Shown here: positions 47,801-61,308 of the stretch, piece by piece
Layout: every line of letters begins with the position of its first letter
How positions within the stretch are numbered: the stretch's first letter is position 1
Assembly (NCBI GenBank): GCA_964199315.1
Contig: OZ116701.1
Span: 14,508,001-14,572,000 of the forward strand
DNA length: 64,000 bases
Source of the DNA: Orbicella franksi
Lineage: Eukaryota
Direction: 5' to 3'
Notes under the pieces: model-generated
Told to the model about the DNA's origin: nothing
Seen by the model: the letters and a program-made list of their open reading frames with translations, nothing else
Database searches by the model: none
Made by a program: the position numbers and the translations under genes

Positions 47801-48567
47801 TTCTTAGAAGTTAGCACAGAGGGTAATTTGATATAAGATTTACCATGGGACGGTTTGTACTTTAAAACTATCAATTCGTGTCCAGTTATCTTATCAATTT
47901 GCCAGCCACTACCCGCAGAAACCCACTGACCAACAGTTCTCAATATGTTTTGTATTGACAACTGTATTGAACCTTGGATTTGGTGCTCATTAGTAACGGC
48001 TGTTGCATTACTGTAGAAGAAACCATCATTTTTCTCATACAAAACTAAGTCCTTTTGTTTGTCATATACCATTTCCTTGAGTTTGATACTAATAGTTTGG
48101 TAAAATTTCAGACCAGTCTCTTGTTTTGAAATATGTTTCACAAGAGGAGCTGAGTCTGTTAATTGAACCAATGGCTCTTTCTTATTCAAAACATTGATAT
48201 CATACGTTCTGAAAAAACCATCAATTGCTTTCTCCAAAGGTATTGGTTTCACTTCTGTATTAAATTTCACAAACTTAGGCAAGGGAAATGGTTTTGAAGC
48301 CACCATTTTCTGTCTCATTTTTGGTTCACCGAATATAGCAAATTTCGGTTTTGGAAATGGTTTTGGTTTATCTCTGAACTCAGGAGGTGGTTGAATAATA
48401 TTTTGGTCGTCTAATTGACCACCGAAACTGCTTCCTGTTTTTAACAAACTCTTAACAGTGTTCGACAAATCTATTATTATTGTCGCCAATTGATTTTTAC
48501 TTAACATCAAAAGATTTTTCTTGTTCATCTTCTTATAATATATGGTTAGATTAAATTGAGATCCCAT
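44876..48567 (-). pseudogene. polB: Fragmented pPolB of a second family
   Basis: NMQNKDNECFRWC..SHYVLIKDF; PYVIYANFE; FHNL; KGVYPYDYMDS; YLDANNLYGWAMSQYLP; LLFTDTDSL; EFVGLRSKMYS; TAKGI; C-terminus SLS*FDDKRYILTNGVSSLAYG lies inside the TIR. Confidence 0.9.
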
Positions 48568-48754
48568 CTATAATATAGGATTAGATAAAAATGCGTTTGG
48601 TGATTGATAAACTATTTTCCAGTTTTTGAAAGCTGAGAAATAGAATGCCCCGGTCACAGATATCGTTATAATTAGTTTGATGAAATTAGATTTCTTTGAT
48701 GCAATTGGGTATGAATATGTTTCGTCCGTCCACATCTTTTATAATTGATACCAG

Positions 48755-48992
48755 GGGCGGGTTGTTCAAAGCCCGATTGAGCTAACCCAGGATTAGTGAG
48801 AATTTTGATCTCAATTTTGTAACTTTTCGGTGAGATTTTCTGTTTATATTATTTGTCTTTCAGTTTTGAGTTTTAATAATCTTAAACTGCACAATACATA
48901 AGCGATGAAAAACATTTTTATACAAGAAAAATTGATACTTTGGTTAACTTTAACCTTGGGTTAGCGTTAACCGGCTTTCGAACAACCCGGCC
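48755..48992. mobile_element. PIF/Harbinger-type MITE nested in the small Maverick
   Basis: CAG - GGGCGGGTTGTTC ... GAACAACCCGGCC - CAG. Confidence 0.72.
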
Positions 48993-49517
48993 CAGTATTA
49001 CAAATAACACAATAACATGGTGTATTAAGGTTGCATTTATTATAAGAAAGCCTCAAAGCTTCTTTCCGATCAGCATGATTGGTACACTTGAATGGCCTAC
49101 CTAGTTTTTTCTGGCAATTATTATTATTTTCCATAACTACTATATGTTTAGATAAAAAAGTAGATCAATAAGTCGTACAACAAGGGGAACAACAAGCGGT
49201 ATTGATGAATTTATATATACAATAATAGTAATAATGACGAAACAATTTTTGAAAAATTAATGATGTTAAAACTTACGAGATGGTACAAGATTTATTAAAA
49301 AATCAAACAGATAAGAAAAAAAGAAAGATTCTGGAAAAAAACCATCAAGCAGGCTAGACATGCTATCAACATTATACGAGGTCAGTGTACTGGTATCAAG
49401 CGACAGTACAAAGGAGGAATGATAAATGAGAGAATAAGAGATGAAAAATTGAATTTGGTTCAAACTATGATGGGAACACTGATGAATTATATCAGATTCC
49501 ACCAGCATAAAATTAAC

Positions 49518-49800
49518 GAATTAGATGGGAAAATCAACACGAATCCATATTTTATGAAGACCCAAACACTCTACTGGACGGTTTAGAAAAAATAATAAAT
49601 GGTGATGGGAAAGCCGAAGATGGGGTTCATATTCTGAATAAACTGTTGGTAAACTGTATTATCAATGAAATACAATATAAACAATTATATGAGAAATATT
49701 TTGATGAAGATTCCGAGAATGAAGATGATATGTGGAAAACACAAATCTCAATACCAAATTATGATGACCCACTAACCTGGCAAAAATTGAACATAGGATG
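49518..49800 (+). pseudogene. Remnant ORF, possibly a small Polinton protein
   Basis: Open stretch ..IFYEDPNTLLDGLEKIINGDGKAEDGVHILNKLLVNCIINEIQYKQLYEKYF..; no intact start. Confidence 0.35.
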
Positions 49801-50692
49801 AGATAAGTTCAGATAAGTTTAGATAAGCCTGGGCTCATTCGATGACAAAAGGGATATTTAAACAAATGGAGTTAGTAGTCTGGCGAATGAACACCGACTG
49901 ACTCATTAAACAACAAGTGGAACAATAAGTGGAACAACAATCAGTAATATTGCTTTGCGAAATTGGGTATTATTAGAGATTAAAGTGTGGAAATTGACAG
50001 ATGGAGGTGATTTTTGGAAAATGTCCCAGAACCCCCATTTTGTATACTACTTATATTCAACTCCCGATTTTCATAGTTAGTAGTTCACTTTTAGGAAAAA
50101 CAAAGTAGCGAACAGTGTAGGTTTGACCATGTCGAGAAAATGTGAGAAATTACACCTTCGGTTTCCTTGGAAAGTCGTGTTGCCTCGAAATAAACTCAAG
50201 CTTTGTTTTCCAAAAATAAACTGCCCGTGCGAATTAACCCTTCAACAACTTGTCAACTGCGCGTCCTAAAGTTCTCGCAATTTGATTGATGAAGTTCAAG
50301 ATAAAACTTTGAAAAATTTTTAGCGCTGAAAAATAGTAAGATGAAAAAAATGTAGATTGACAAATAAAGATTCAAATAAATACACAGGTAAAGTTGCACT
50401 TTGAGAAAGCAAATATTTTCCCCAAAAAAGCGATTTAAAATTGCACAACGCCGCTTGTCTCGCCAACTCCACGTACAACTGCAGCCACGTTTTTTGCTGT
50501 TGGATTTTGTCTTCTTCGGTAGAAAATTACTGATTTCAATTTGGAAATAAAGTAAGGTTGGTACACACTACATGAAGGCTTCCAACGCAAAACAAAGAAA
50601 AAATATCCTAAAAGATGCTATTCACGCCCTGAAAATGATTTGGGTCTGAAAATAATCGAAACATGGGGAACTAGAAATAAGTTAAACCTCTT

Positions 50693-50837
50693 CCAGGCGT
50701 TCAGTTAGTCAGGGCGTAGCGCGAAAAACGGCGGGCGAAAAAATAAGGGAGAAATATAATGCGGCGAGAGAAAGCGCTTCTGCCCTTTTTTTCGCTCGCA
50801 GTTTTTCGCGCAGTGCCCCAACTAACTGAGCGCCCGG
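50693..50837. mobile_element. Palindromic MITE
   Basis: ccaggcgttcagttagt / actaactgagcgcccgg ends with internal mirror symmetry. Confidence 0.5.
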
Positions 50838-50955
50838 TGTGTTTCCCGTAGAACTGTTAGCCTACTAAGTTTCAATGGTCTGCGCTGCAGATTGGCCAAG
50901 ATAGCTCTATGTATGTACTTAATATAATACTGGGTTTAGTGTATGACGTCATCAG

Positions 50956-50998
<43 letters not shown>

Positions 50999-52199
50999 CT
51001 CCAGAAATAATGCAGATATTTGCAAATGGCAAACGACGTTTCTATTTTTTCATGAAAATCTATGTGAAACATCTAAAAAAATCAAGGAGTTAAAAATTTG
51101 ATTATAGTATCACCATTTTTATTGCACCCTGAGCATATATAAGCAAATACGTACTGTGCACTATTTGATCTACCTTGATTTTACCGCGATTTACCCTGAG
51201 TTACCTTTGAGCTATGTACTACGAGGTTGAATCTACAATAAAGAAGACAAGAGAGTTCCAGATCTTTGAGAGTTCTTGCTGATTTGCTCTCCGGCTGACG
51301 AGAGACAACGACCCTGTACCTTGGCATTGAGTAACAAGTTCCGTGCACCGAGCCTGCGCTCTTCCCTTTATTCAACAGCACCCAAGCTGATAGTCCATAT
51401 CCGTCCCTAACCGCACAGTTCGGCACGGAAAACCTTTCGTCACATGAAGGTTGTTGTGACCAAGTTTAGCTACCCGTACACAGTGAATAGAAATCTAACT
51501 TAAGCTCTACCAGTAATAATCTATCGAAAAGGTTGTTATATCTCGAGTTAAAGAAGTTGCTACATTTGCGTTAAAAAGCTGTTACAATTCGCGTTAAACT
51601 TTGCTTTAAAAGTTGTTACAGTTCGTTTTAATGTTACATTTTGCGTCAAAAGCTGTACAATTTGGGTTGGTTGTAGCATTTTTGTGGCGTAACCTAGGTT
51701 GAATGGAGAAAATTGTAGGTTTTGTTCTAATTCTTGTTCTCGCCCCCTGGCACGGGTCAATGTATCCCTCGTCAGTTTCAGACTAAGGGTCGAAAAGTCC
51801 TTTTGACTAGCTTGCGATAAGCCACCCGGCAAGGGTGGAAAATAAATGGGCGAATTCTGTTTTCGCCCTCGTCATCTCGCTTCGCTCACCGAATTTTGTT
51901 TTTTCGCCCTCCCCGGGAGCCTGTTCACAGGCTAGCTTTTGACCTGCATGTATTTATGTGACTTAAAAATGCAAGCCAAATTTTACGACGATCTCGTAAC
52001 ACTTAATAACTTCACTCTGCAAAAACTTCACAACTGAGGTACCCTTAAAAAAAATAACACACAAACTGCGGTGATAAACATGACATTTCTTATTAAGCTA
52101 CGATGGTCAAAGGAAAAGAGTATTTACCGTTTAAAAACTCTGTACTTTTCTGGCATATAAAAGTAATCTAGATGGTAAAGGTGAAAGTCTGCGTCGGAC

Positions 52200-52665
52200 A
52201 AAGTGGCCTATACAGCCAGAGCTTACTCCGTTTTCTGTAGCATTGAGTGACTAGGGGTAATCTACATGCTCCTGGATGGGATGCTAGTCCATTGATTGCA
52301 GGGTCCCTCCCCAGCATTGAATTCGCCAACCTCCCACGCAGACGCTCTTAAGGCTTGTCACGCGTTCCTTCCCCACGAACTCGTGACGAGCCCTAAGAGC
52401 GTCTGCGTAGAGGGCTATAAATTCGCCGGTAGCCATTTATTCACGTGGGTGGAGAGAAGTACTGTGAGAGTAAGGTGTCTTGTCCAAGAGCACAACCCAG
52501 TCACCCTAGCCCCCTAGCAAGTGTTCTTATGGCTCGTCGCGCAATCTTTCCTCTCCAAAGTTGGAACGGACCGATTGCGTGACGTTTCAGTGACCCCGGT
52601 CAGGACCGCTTGATGCGGAGTCCAGCACGCTAAGAATTAGGCTACCGGACCTCCAGATGGGTACT
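52200..52665 (-). mobile_element. tRNA-derived SINE (V-SINE-like core) interrupted by short palindromic insertions
   Basis: ctggatgggatgctagtccat..aattcgccggtagccatttattcacgtgggtggagaga..gtgagagtaaggtgtcttgtccaagagcacaac; nested hairpin element at about 52330-52417. Confidence 0.55.
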
Positions 52666-54356
52666 CCAAAATTCCCTAAAACAGTATAGGGCAGTTTCAC
52701 AACCCGGGAGGGGGGGTAATCCCTTATATGGGCTAGATAGGTATGTGAGGACCTAGAAGATATGGTTTTCAGCCCTTATGCTCATAAATAGGGTATAGAT
52801 TTGGCCATTTTGGTCATAAATAGGGTCAGGAGGGTATGGTTTTTGTACTCTAGTCTTGAATTGGGTATGTTTTTTAGATCATTATAGATGAAAAAGTAGC
52901 TTCTTTTTCATCATTATCGATAAACAAAAGCCCTTCAAAAATTAAGTTTAGGGCAATTGTTTCAGCTGCAACGGTCTTAAATAGGGTATCGAATTTTTGG
53001 TCTGGTCATAAATAGGCCGAGGAAAATCGCAGATTTTGGTCAAAGATAGGTTAATAGTTTTGGGAAACGGCCGCACACCCCCACCAAATTTTTCTGGGAG
53101 TACCCTCTTGGGTTTCGTGGCAAGTTGAGGCAGTACTCTTTTCTCGGTAACTACTTGCATTCCTCATGGAGCCACTGGATTATTCCCGAAACTAGTTTAC
53201 TACTCCAGGACTACTATGTAATCGGAGGCTTGTATTCGACGACACCTGACGGACCTGACACGTAATCTTCAGCCCAGAATTTCCACGAGGACAGACAGAT
53301 ATAAATAGCAAATTATTTATTTTCATCGCCGTCCAAAAGTTTTGAACAATATCAAGGTCATGTTTCCCTCCAGGTTGTACATTACAGGGGTTCGCAGGAA
53401 AAGAGCAAAACCTTTACTTGTAGATCGCGTTTCCAATTGATCGATCGCGAACTTTTGTTTGTTTTTGTACCTTGAGGCTTCTTTTGGTATATGAGGAACA
53501 TTGCAGTTTATGACACATTTATTGCCTTGTGTCCACGTTCCGAGAATAAGCAAAGAGTTCAAATCACAAGAATTCAAAAATGTCAATAAGGGTCAGATTG
53601 GGCCAGATCGAGTCGGATTGAATTGTACTCCTAAAAGCTGGCATTAAGGTTTAGCAGAAGATTTCTCCGGGCTCTAAAACAAGTGACACTGGATTGTTTC
53701 CTCATTGGCCTTTGTTCTCTATCTCAAACAAACACTGTCCCGGGCAACCTCGTTCCCAGGGTCCTCTCTGGAGCTTGTGTCCGGGTAAAAGTTGATGGTG
53801 ACGTCACGATGGCCAAGGCGCGATCAAGTGGCGAAGCAAGCAAAAGGTATGAAAACACAGCTGTGTTGGATGAACGGAGAATAGACGTGGTAGCCGAGAA
53901 GGGAAGAAAGGTGAGAAGAAAGGTGAGAAGTTTCTTATTTAACACGTTCAGGTAGTTAAGTTTTGTGGTCGCTTTGCGTGCAAACGAAGCTGACGAAGTC
54001 GGTTTCGGCAAACTGAAAGAAATGCGAGCTTGCTGGTACAAACAATCCCCACATGGAGGCCTCCGACGTTCAAATGTGAGATTCTGCTGGGGTTTTGGAT
54101 GTTCAGACAAATTTTCAGAGGACTTGCATAGATACGCCCCGTACTATTCTGAGCAAGCAAAGTCTACACAAATCTCGGGGTGCTTGTTCACTGTTTACAG
54201 CTGTTTACTCGCATGGTCGCCATCTTGTCGGCTCCAAATTTAATTACGTCGTGTCTGCAAGACTATTGAGTCTAGTGTTTTATTATATGGCTTTGACTTG
54301 TGGCCGATATAACGCGTGCTCTGATTGGCTAAGAGCGAGATCTGAGCGGTCATTAT

Positions 54357-55212
54357 CACAGGCGGCCCAGACGTTGTATACGATTAGTACGTGACATTAT
54401 GCTGTTGGCGATTGCGTTACAATTTTAGCCGTTTATAAGACAATGTATGAGAATGCTTCGAAAATTACTCTCATGGGGCATTGGTCAGTTACTCATTGCC
54501 ATCTCTCGCTGCAGTTGACAGTGCTTTTAGGCACTAAATTCAGCTGAACATTGTTTGCTCCTTGTATTTTTCAAGTTAACGGTGCTTTTAGGCGCTAATT
54601 TCAGTTATACACCGCGGCACGGTGCAGTTTGCATGATCAAAAAATGCCCTGTGCCTCTCGATGGTTGGAGGCGACTTTGTCACGATGGCGAAGTTGTTAA
54701 GGTAGAAATTCAAATCCTGTGCCCAAGATAATCGGTTACGGATCGAAATGGAGCTGAAATGGAAAGCAAGAGCTGGAAAACTAGCGATTCTCGGGCAGTT
54801 AAGATAAACTTTGAAACCTTGGGAGAAAGCGAATGGGAAGAAGAGTTATCGACGGCTGCCTGAGGCAATTTTGACGAGATTAGACCATTTTTGTGGAATT
54901 TGCGGAGCTTTGAGTGCGGGCCGTCGGGCCAGTGGGTCGCCCGCCTTTCGTTTCTCTTTAGGGGAAGCAAACCGCCAGAAAGTAAAACTCACCTAAATGG
55001 CTCTAAACCACCTCCAGGAACCCAGAGACATCAAAACAACGCAATGCAAACATAAGGTAAGCCATTTTATTCAAATTATTTTCTACATGTGGCATTTAGA
55101 GTAATTTTCGAAGCATTCTCATACATTGTCTTATAAATGGCTAAAATTGTAATGCAATCGCCAACAGCATAATGTCACGTATTAATCGTATACAACGTCT
55201 GGGCCGCCTGTG
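54357..55212. mobile_element. Non-autonomous TIR transposon, P-element-like
   Basis: 115-bp TIRs (54357-54471; 55098-55212) starting CACAGG; 7-bp TSD TCATTAT (54350-56; 55213-19). Confidence 0.75.
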
Positions 55213-56740
55213 TCATTATGCAGCCGTAATGCCCACGGGCCGATTACGGATTATGTAAATTAGGAAGAGCCCGGCTTGGCAAATTCAAGTGCATTGAAAC
55301 GATGAAAGCCGATTAAAAACAGTAAGAAAAGTAAATTTAATTCCAAGTAGCTAAAAGTTTAGGGATTTTTCCTTAATAAAATTTGTATAGAAGTCGTTTT
55401 TGACTTACCGGTAGCCTAGGCGGGCAGTAGTGAAAAACAATCAAGGTTTGCCGAGTGTTGAGTAAAGCTAAAATCGCTAAGTGGAAAACACCATCGGCAG
55501 ATGTGTCACATATCCTGAACAGAACACCACGAAGAAACTTATAAGTTATCATCTTAGTCACAACAATTACCGAAATATTGAACTCCGTTTCAGTTCTCAT
55601 CAAATAGATTCCCTCGCTTTAACACAAGCAAGTGTAAATCAGCTTCCAGGATCATCAGATGTAAACAATTGGGCGGTTTCTGTCGGTAGCAGTGTTTCTG
55701 ATACCTGCAGGAAGTTTTAGACGCTCAAAAGGCTTGAAAAGTTCATTCATAAGTCCCAGAATGAAGAAGGCCAAGATATGTTGTCGAAAGTGAATGCGAA
55801 GATCGAGTTATTCTGAGCAGTGCATTCTGAAGTGTTTGTATTTTCTTTCACTGAAAGACCGTTGGTTTGGACTATATTGAAGCACTTTCTGTCTCAGTTC
55901 TATATGTCTTGATGTTTCGCCACAAAAGTTGGAAAAACTCCCTCATCAAGTTGTGGCACTACGATACTAAAATACCTTTTTGAGGGCTGTGACAATCACT
56001 TTTCCCGTAAAGAAATACAGTGGTAAAGTTCATTGACAGTGTAGTTTTGCCCTGGGTTTGAGACGATGAATGAATCGGTAAACGCTCGGTCAATACGGCA
56101 AGACCTCAGTTTGAGATTTTCCCGTAACCACCTCGCTCTCGGTTATTAAGTAGTTAGTAATAACTTCGGTAAAGCCAGTTCTGAATATGTGATTAACCAC
56201 GCTCAGTGCAATTAAAGGCTTGGCAAATTATAAGGGATACAATTTCGCTGACCTCGCTTTATTTACCCCGCAGATGAGACTTGAAATTGACAGTCCAGTA
56301 TGTGGTCCTTGTTCCGTGAGTAAAAGTTATAATCTCGAATATTTTACCTGCATCAACACTTAACGAGCTGAAACTTTCCCTGAAGATAGCTTTTATGTTC
56401 TTACCACAATCTTTAAGTGCAAGTTCCAAACGGTGATATTATCCTCGTTATTTGAAAAAAAGGTGACTGTGCTCGCAGGCCATTGGTCCGTGGGTCATAT
56501 AAACAGCATGAAAAGTATTCGTAAATCCTCATGAGAATGAGGATTTTATTTATTCTTTATTTTCCTTGATATATCTAAGCTACAGTCTTGATAAAAGTCA
56601 CTGCGAGTGTAAAAGAAATTTTCAAAATATTCAACGCAATCAGAGACACTGCAAAAAGGAGTTTCTCATTATAAGTGTAAATCTCTTAAATTTTAAGAGA
56701 AAAACTCTTAAATGGCTGTCCGTGGGGTAAGGGCAATTTT

Positions 56741-57060
56741 CTCTTACTCCAAGAGTCACATCTCTTATGTTAAGTGTTTGTAACCTTGAAATAGTCGTAA
56801 GACTGCACTTAATAAAAATTATGACACACTTAATTAAGGGTAGAAGGAAATTTATTAAAGGGATCCAATACCAACCTTAGGGAAATGGACCTAAAATTAG
56901 GGAACAGACTACACTACATCAAGGGTCAGAATTCTCTTACTCAAAGGGTTACATCTCTTTGCTAAGTGTTTACAACCTTGAAATAGTTGTCAGACTGCAA
57001 TTAATAAAAATTAAGACCCACTTGAGTAAGGGTTGAGGGAAAGTAATTGGAGGGATACAA
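56741..57060. repeat. Two diverged ~130-bp direct repeats
   Basis: ctcttactc..catctct..taagtgttt..aaccttgaaatag..agactgca.ttaataaaaatta occurs twice. Confidence 0.6.
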
Positions 57061-57895
57061 AACTAATTTGTAGGACATTTGTGCCCTAAAATCAGAACAA
57101 AACTAACTTGCAACTAGTCAAGATGCACTAGTTTGAAGTGTCTAATGCTCAACTCAAAGTGTATTAAGCCTTTGAGAAAAGTGTAAATTCCATTTATATA
57201 AAATCAAAATTTGGACAGTACAACATAACAAAATGAATATATGGACACTACATTAAACAACTACATATGCTAGCTAGGTGAAGCTTCTTTAACAAAGCAT
57301 TTCCCTGTAACAAGAAATGGACACTGAAACACTTAAAGACATTAAGTAAACTCATTTTATTACTCCTTTCCAAAAAATGTAACTGTAGTGTCGAACAGCA
57401 AAAATAAGCCACAAAAGGCAACCACGAAGGCGAATGACAACAGTACACACAGTACACGTTTCAACACTTCTCTTCCCACGCTCACACCCTCCCAGATGTA
57501 TACTTTGACATGTATGACCGCTGTCCTAATATACTACAGTAACTCAATATATCACTCTTTTGTAAATGCTAGTAACTGACAGATATAAATCTGTTCATGC
57601 ATCTCACAAAAAAAGACCCTTTACCACAGTGGGGAACAAATTTTCAAAACTAAAGTCTCATACATTGGTCTAGGCTTTGTTACCTTGTACATTCAAATTG
57701 TACATTCCTTGCTTAAATGCATGGTATAGCTATATGCATCTTGCATGAATGTCACAACTAAACCTAAATTTCAGTTTTTCACTTATAAAAAGTTTGCACA
57801 AACTTTAAGTATCCTAAATGGGTTATTACTCTATAGTGTACAAGGGAGTTGCACATAAGTCAATTTCAACAACAAAATGTACTTGGACAGTCACA

Positions 57896-60800
57896 GATAG
57901 GAATCCCTCGCATTCCTTGGATGCAAATGGAGGTCCGTTATCACTATGGACAGTCTCCGGTAGACCATGTGTTCTAAAAATAGCCTCCATGGACTTGATT
58001 ACATTTTGTGCATCTGTTTTCTTGAGAAGGACAGCTTCGATCCAGCGAGAATAGTAGTCTACAACTACCAGGAGGTGATCTCCACTTGTAATCTCGAGAA
58101 GGTCAACTGAGATTTCTTGCCACGGGGAGTCTGGTAGTCTGGTTGATCTCACCGGCTCTGGTTTGGATCGGGGTCCGACAAGCTGGCAGGGGTGACATGT
58201 TCGTATTGCTTGCTCTACTTGCTTGTCCATTCGTGGCCACCATACTTTCTCTCGCAACCTGGCTTTAGTTCGGACCATACCTTGGTGTCCTTCGTGAGCG
58301 AACATTATGGTGCGCTTTTGAAGGCTCTGTGGAATGAGGATGCAGCTTCCTCTCATCACCACCTGTCCTATCACCCACAGTTCATCTTTAACTGCTTTGT
58401 AAATTGTGCCTTGTAACTGGCTCCAATCATCTGTCATTACAGCCTGGCATAACATCTTTAGCGTTGGGTCTTTTTCAGAAGCGATTTCAACTTCCTTTGG
58501 CACCAACGCAGCTGGTAGAGCCTCACTTACTACGCTGTACGCAAACTCTTCTGCAGCTTGAGTTTTGTGATCATGGCTAGTACCCACTGGTAGGCGGCTC
58601 AGGATGTCTGCAGCATTGTCCTTGCCCCGTATATGTGTCAACTTGTATTGGAACTGCTGTAAGTAGAGAAGCCATCTTTCTATTCGTGCTGATGGGGACT
58701 TTGACTTTGCTCCGAGTACGATGAGAAGAGGCTTGTGATCAGTGCAGATTTCAAAGCTAATGCCATAGAGGTACAAGTAGAACTTTTCACAAGCCCACCT
58801 TACAGCCAGAGCTTCTCTTTCAAATTGGGAGTACCTCATTTCAATCTTACTCAGCTTTCTACTGGCATAATATATTGGCCTGTAGCTTCCATCTTTTTGC
58901 TTCTGTTCCAGAATCGCCCCAACTCCCACTGGTGATGCATCGGTTGTCAGACGAGTTTCTGCGCCCTGTCTGAAATATGCCATCACTGGTGCACGAGTCA
59001 GCCGGTCTTTTATCTCTTGGAATGACTTTGCTTCCTTTACTCCCCACTTCCACTTGATGTCTTTTGCGGTGAGGTCCCACAATGGACTCGATATTGATGC
59101 AAAGTTGGGGATGAACTTTGAACAGAACTGCACGGAGCCAAGAAAACTTCTTACTTCTGATGGGTTTTGGGGTGCTGGTGCCTCAACAATAGCTTTCACA
59201 CGTTGACTAGACACTTTCAGCCCTTCCCCAGAGAGTACATCACCCATGTAGATCATGCTGCCAACACCAATTTCACATTTATCATAGTTAAGCGTAAGCC
59301 CACTTTCTTCAAGCTTGCGCATGACCCTCTCTAAGTTTTCGTCATGCTCTTCATCATTTGTGCCAACAACTCGTAGGTCATCGTGCAGGTTGTATGCCCC
59401 TGGGCAGTCTTGGATGATCTGCCAAACAATTTGCTGGAATTTTTCCGTGGCCATGTTTACACCAAAAAGCAGGCGCTTGTATCTGTAAAGGCCATTAGGC
59501 GCAGCAAAGGTTGTAATGTCCCTTGAGTCTGGGTGTAACTCAATTTGGTGAAAAGCCATATTTAAATCTAATTTAGAGAAAACTTTGGCATTCGAGACTT
59601 CTTGGAGTTTCCTCTACGGTGGGGACTGGGTGTTTCTCCTGCACAATGGCTTGGTTCGCTTGTCTCATGTCTAGACAGATTCTAATGTCACTGTTAGGCT
59701 TCTCGACCACTACTAAGGGGTTGACCCAGCTGGTAGGTCCCTCTACTTTTTCGATAACATCAAGCTTCAGTAACTCTTCCTATTTCTCCGTGACTTTTTC
59801 TCGTCTACTAAAAGGAATTCTGCGTGGGGGTTGAGCAACTGGTTGTACTTTTTCATCAATGTGTAACTTGAGCTGGTACCCTTTGAGCTTCCCCAGGCCC
59901 TGGAAAACTTTGGGAAACTTTGCCCTTAGAGAGGCCTTTCTATCTGCTTGTTTTGGATTGTTACTAGCACCATCAGATTCAACATCACAGCTGTTAACAG
60001 GGATACCAACCCTTAAAACACCAAGCAACTCAGATGCATCGCGGCCTAACAGCGTCGCAGCTTTGCCAAGCATAACATAAAACTCAACATTCAGGGACTT
60101 TTGGGTTTGTGGCACACGTACATCAAGATTACATTTTCCTTTGATTTGGAGTGGCTCTTCAGATGCATAAGCAAAAACTCTTTTGTTGCACTCCAACAAT
60201 TTAACATTACCCCCCGTTATAAGGTTAAATACTTCTTCGGACATTAAATTACAACTAGCACCAGAGTCTATAATAACGTTGATAGTCTTATCTGCAATCT
60301 CCAGCTTCAGAGTGTTCCCGCCATCTGTCTCCCCATTGTAGAACACATAGAAATCATCCTTCCTTGCGGAGTTTCCAGTAGTCACGTCTTCGGTTACTTG
60401 GCGTACATCACGTTGGCCCTGTGAACTTCCTCCTCTTCGTCCACGGCTTTGCTTTCTTCCAGAGTTTCCACGGTATTCGTTTCCACGACCACGACTCAAA
60501 CTGCGACTAGAATCTCGCCCTTTACTCTGTTTGGAGTGACAGCACACTTCGAAATGACCCACGTTGCCACATTTCCCGCATTTGTGGTCACGCGAACGAA
60601 GACATTCCTTCGCGAAGTGTCCCGCTTTATCGCACCGCCAACATTTTCCCCCTTGTTTGGCGTCTGGAGATATGTTATTCACTCGGCCATCACGGATAAG
60701 AACGAGGGCTTCTTTGTCATGGTATTGACTAACGATTTCCAATAGTTTGCTCAATGTTAATGTTTCTTCGCGATACAACTTGGCCTTGAGGTTTTTGTCT

Positions 60801-61243
60801 TGAATGAAAGAAATCGCACGATCTCTCACCTGGTTGTCCCTTTCACCTTCGTATTCACAATGTTCGGCTAATTTCTGCAGGCGTGTGATGAAATTGTTAA
60901 TGGTTTCTCCAGCGGTTGGTTGAGCTGCGAGAAACGCCTGTCTTGCCATCGGCGCGTTTTTTCTCGGTTTGAAATGTTCGGATAGGCTGTCCATAGCTTT
61001 CTTGTAATCCTTCGCTTCGCCTCGTTTGTTGGCAGGAATTGAGTTATTAAAAACGTCTCTGACTTGGGGCCCGGCGAGGTGAAGTAGAAGCGCCTTCTTC
61101 TGTGTTGGGTCGCTGATTCCCGAGGCAGTCACGTACAATTCGAATTCATCTTTCCAAGTTAGCCATTGTTGTGCGAGTGTAGCTGGCTCGCCCACAGCGT
61201 TGAATGTTTGTAAACCTGGCAGTCCGCTCAAGGATACGGCCAT
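57896..61243 (-). pseudogene. gag-pol (CCHC knuckles, aspartic protease, RT, RNase H, partial integrase); one nonsense codon and one frameshift near 59780-59600
   Basis: CWRCDKAGH, CGKCGNVGH, IIDSGAS, LHDD, TTDAS..GAIL, HEGHQG..CHPC, HSDNGPPF. Confidence 0.9.
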
Positions 61244-61308
61244 CTGTGCGAGTTTTCCACTGTTTAAACTCGTTATCCACTTTTTATCCGGTTTTCCTCG
61301 TCGCCAAA

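Larger units (their letters stand above)
44734..50051 (-). mobile_element. Small (5318-bp) pPolB-only Maverick/Polinton derivative
   Basis: Ends AGTAGTATAC...GTATACTACT; 229-bp TIRs (44734-44962, 49823-50051; about 14 mismatches); 6-bp TSD TATGTT/TATATT, confirmed by the empty site. Confidence 0.9.

Noticed and set aside
21459-50051. Integrase, packaging ATPase, adenain protease or capsid genes in either Maverick
   Set aside because: No ORF shows DDE integrase, Walker A/B, protease or jelly-roll-sized features, and the available space is accounted for by other genes. Highly decayed remnants cannot be excluded by eye.
53683-54394. Cluster of overlapping 70-130 aa ORFs
   Set aside because: No recognisable motifs; ORFs overlap on both strands within repeat-derived, GC-richer sequence.
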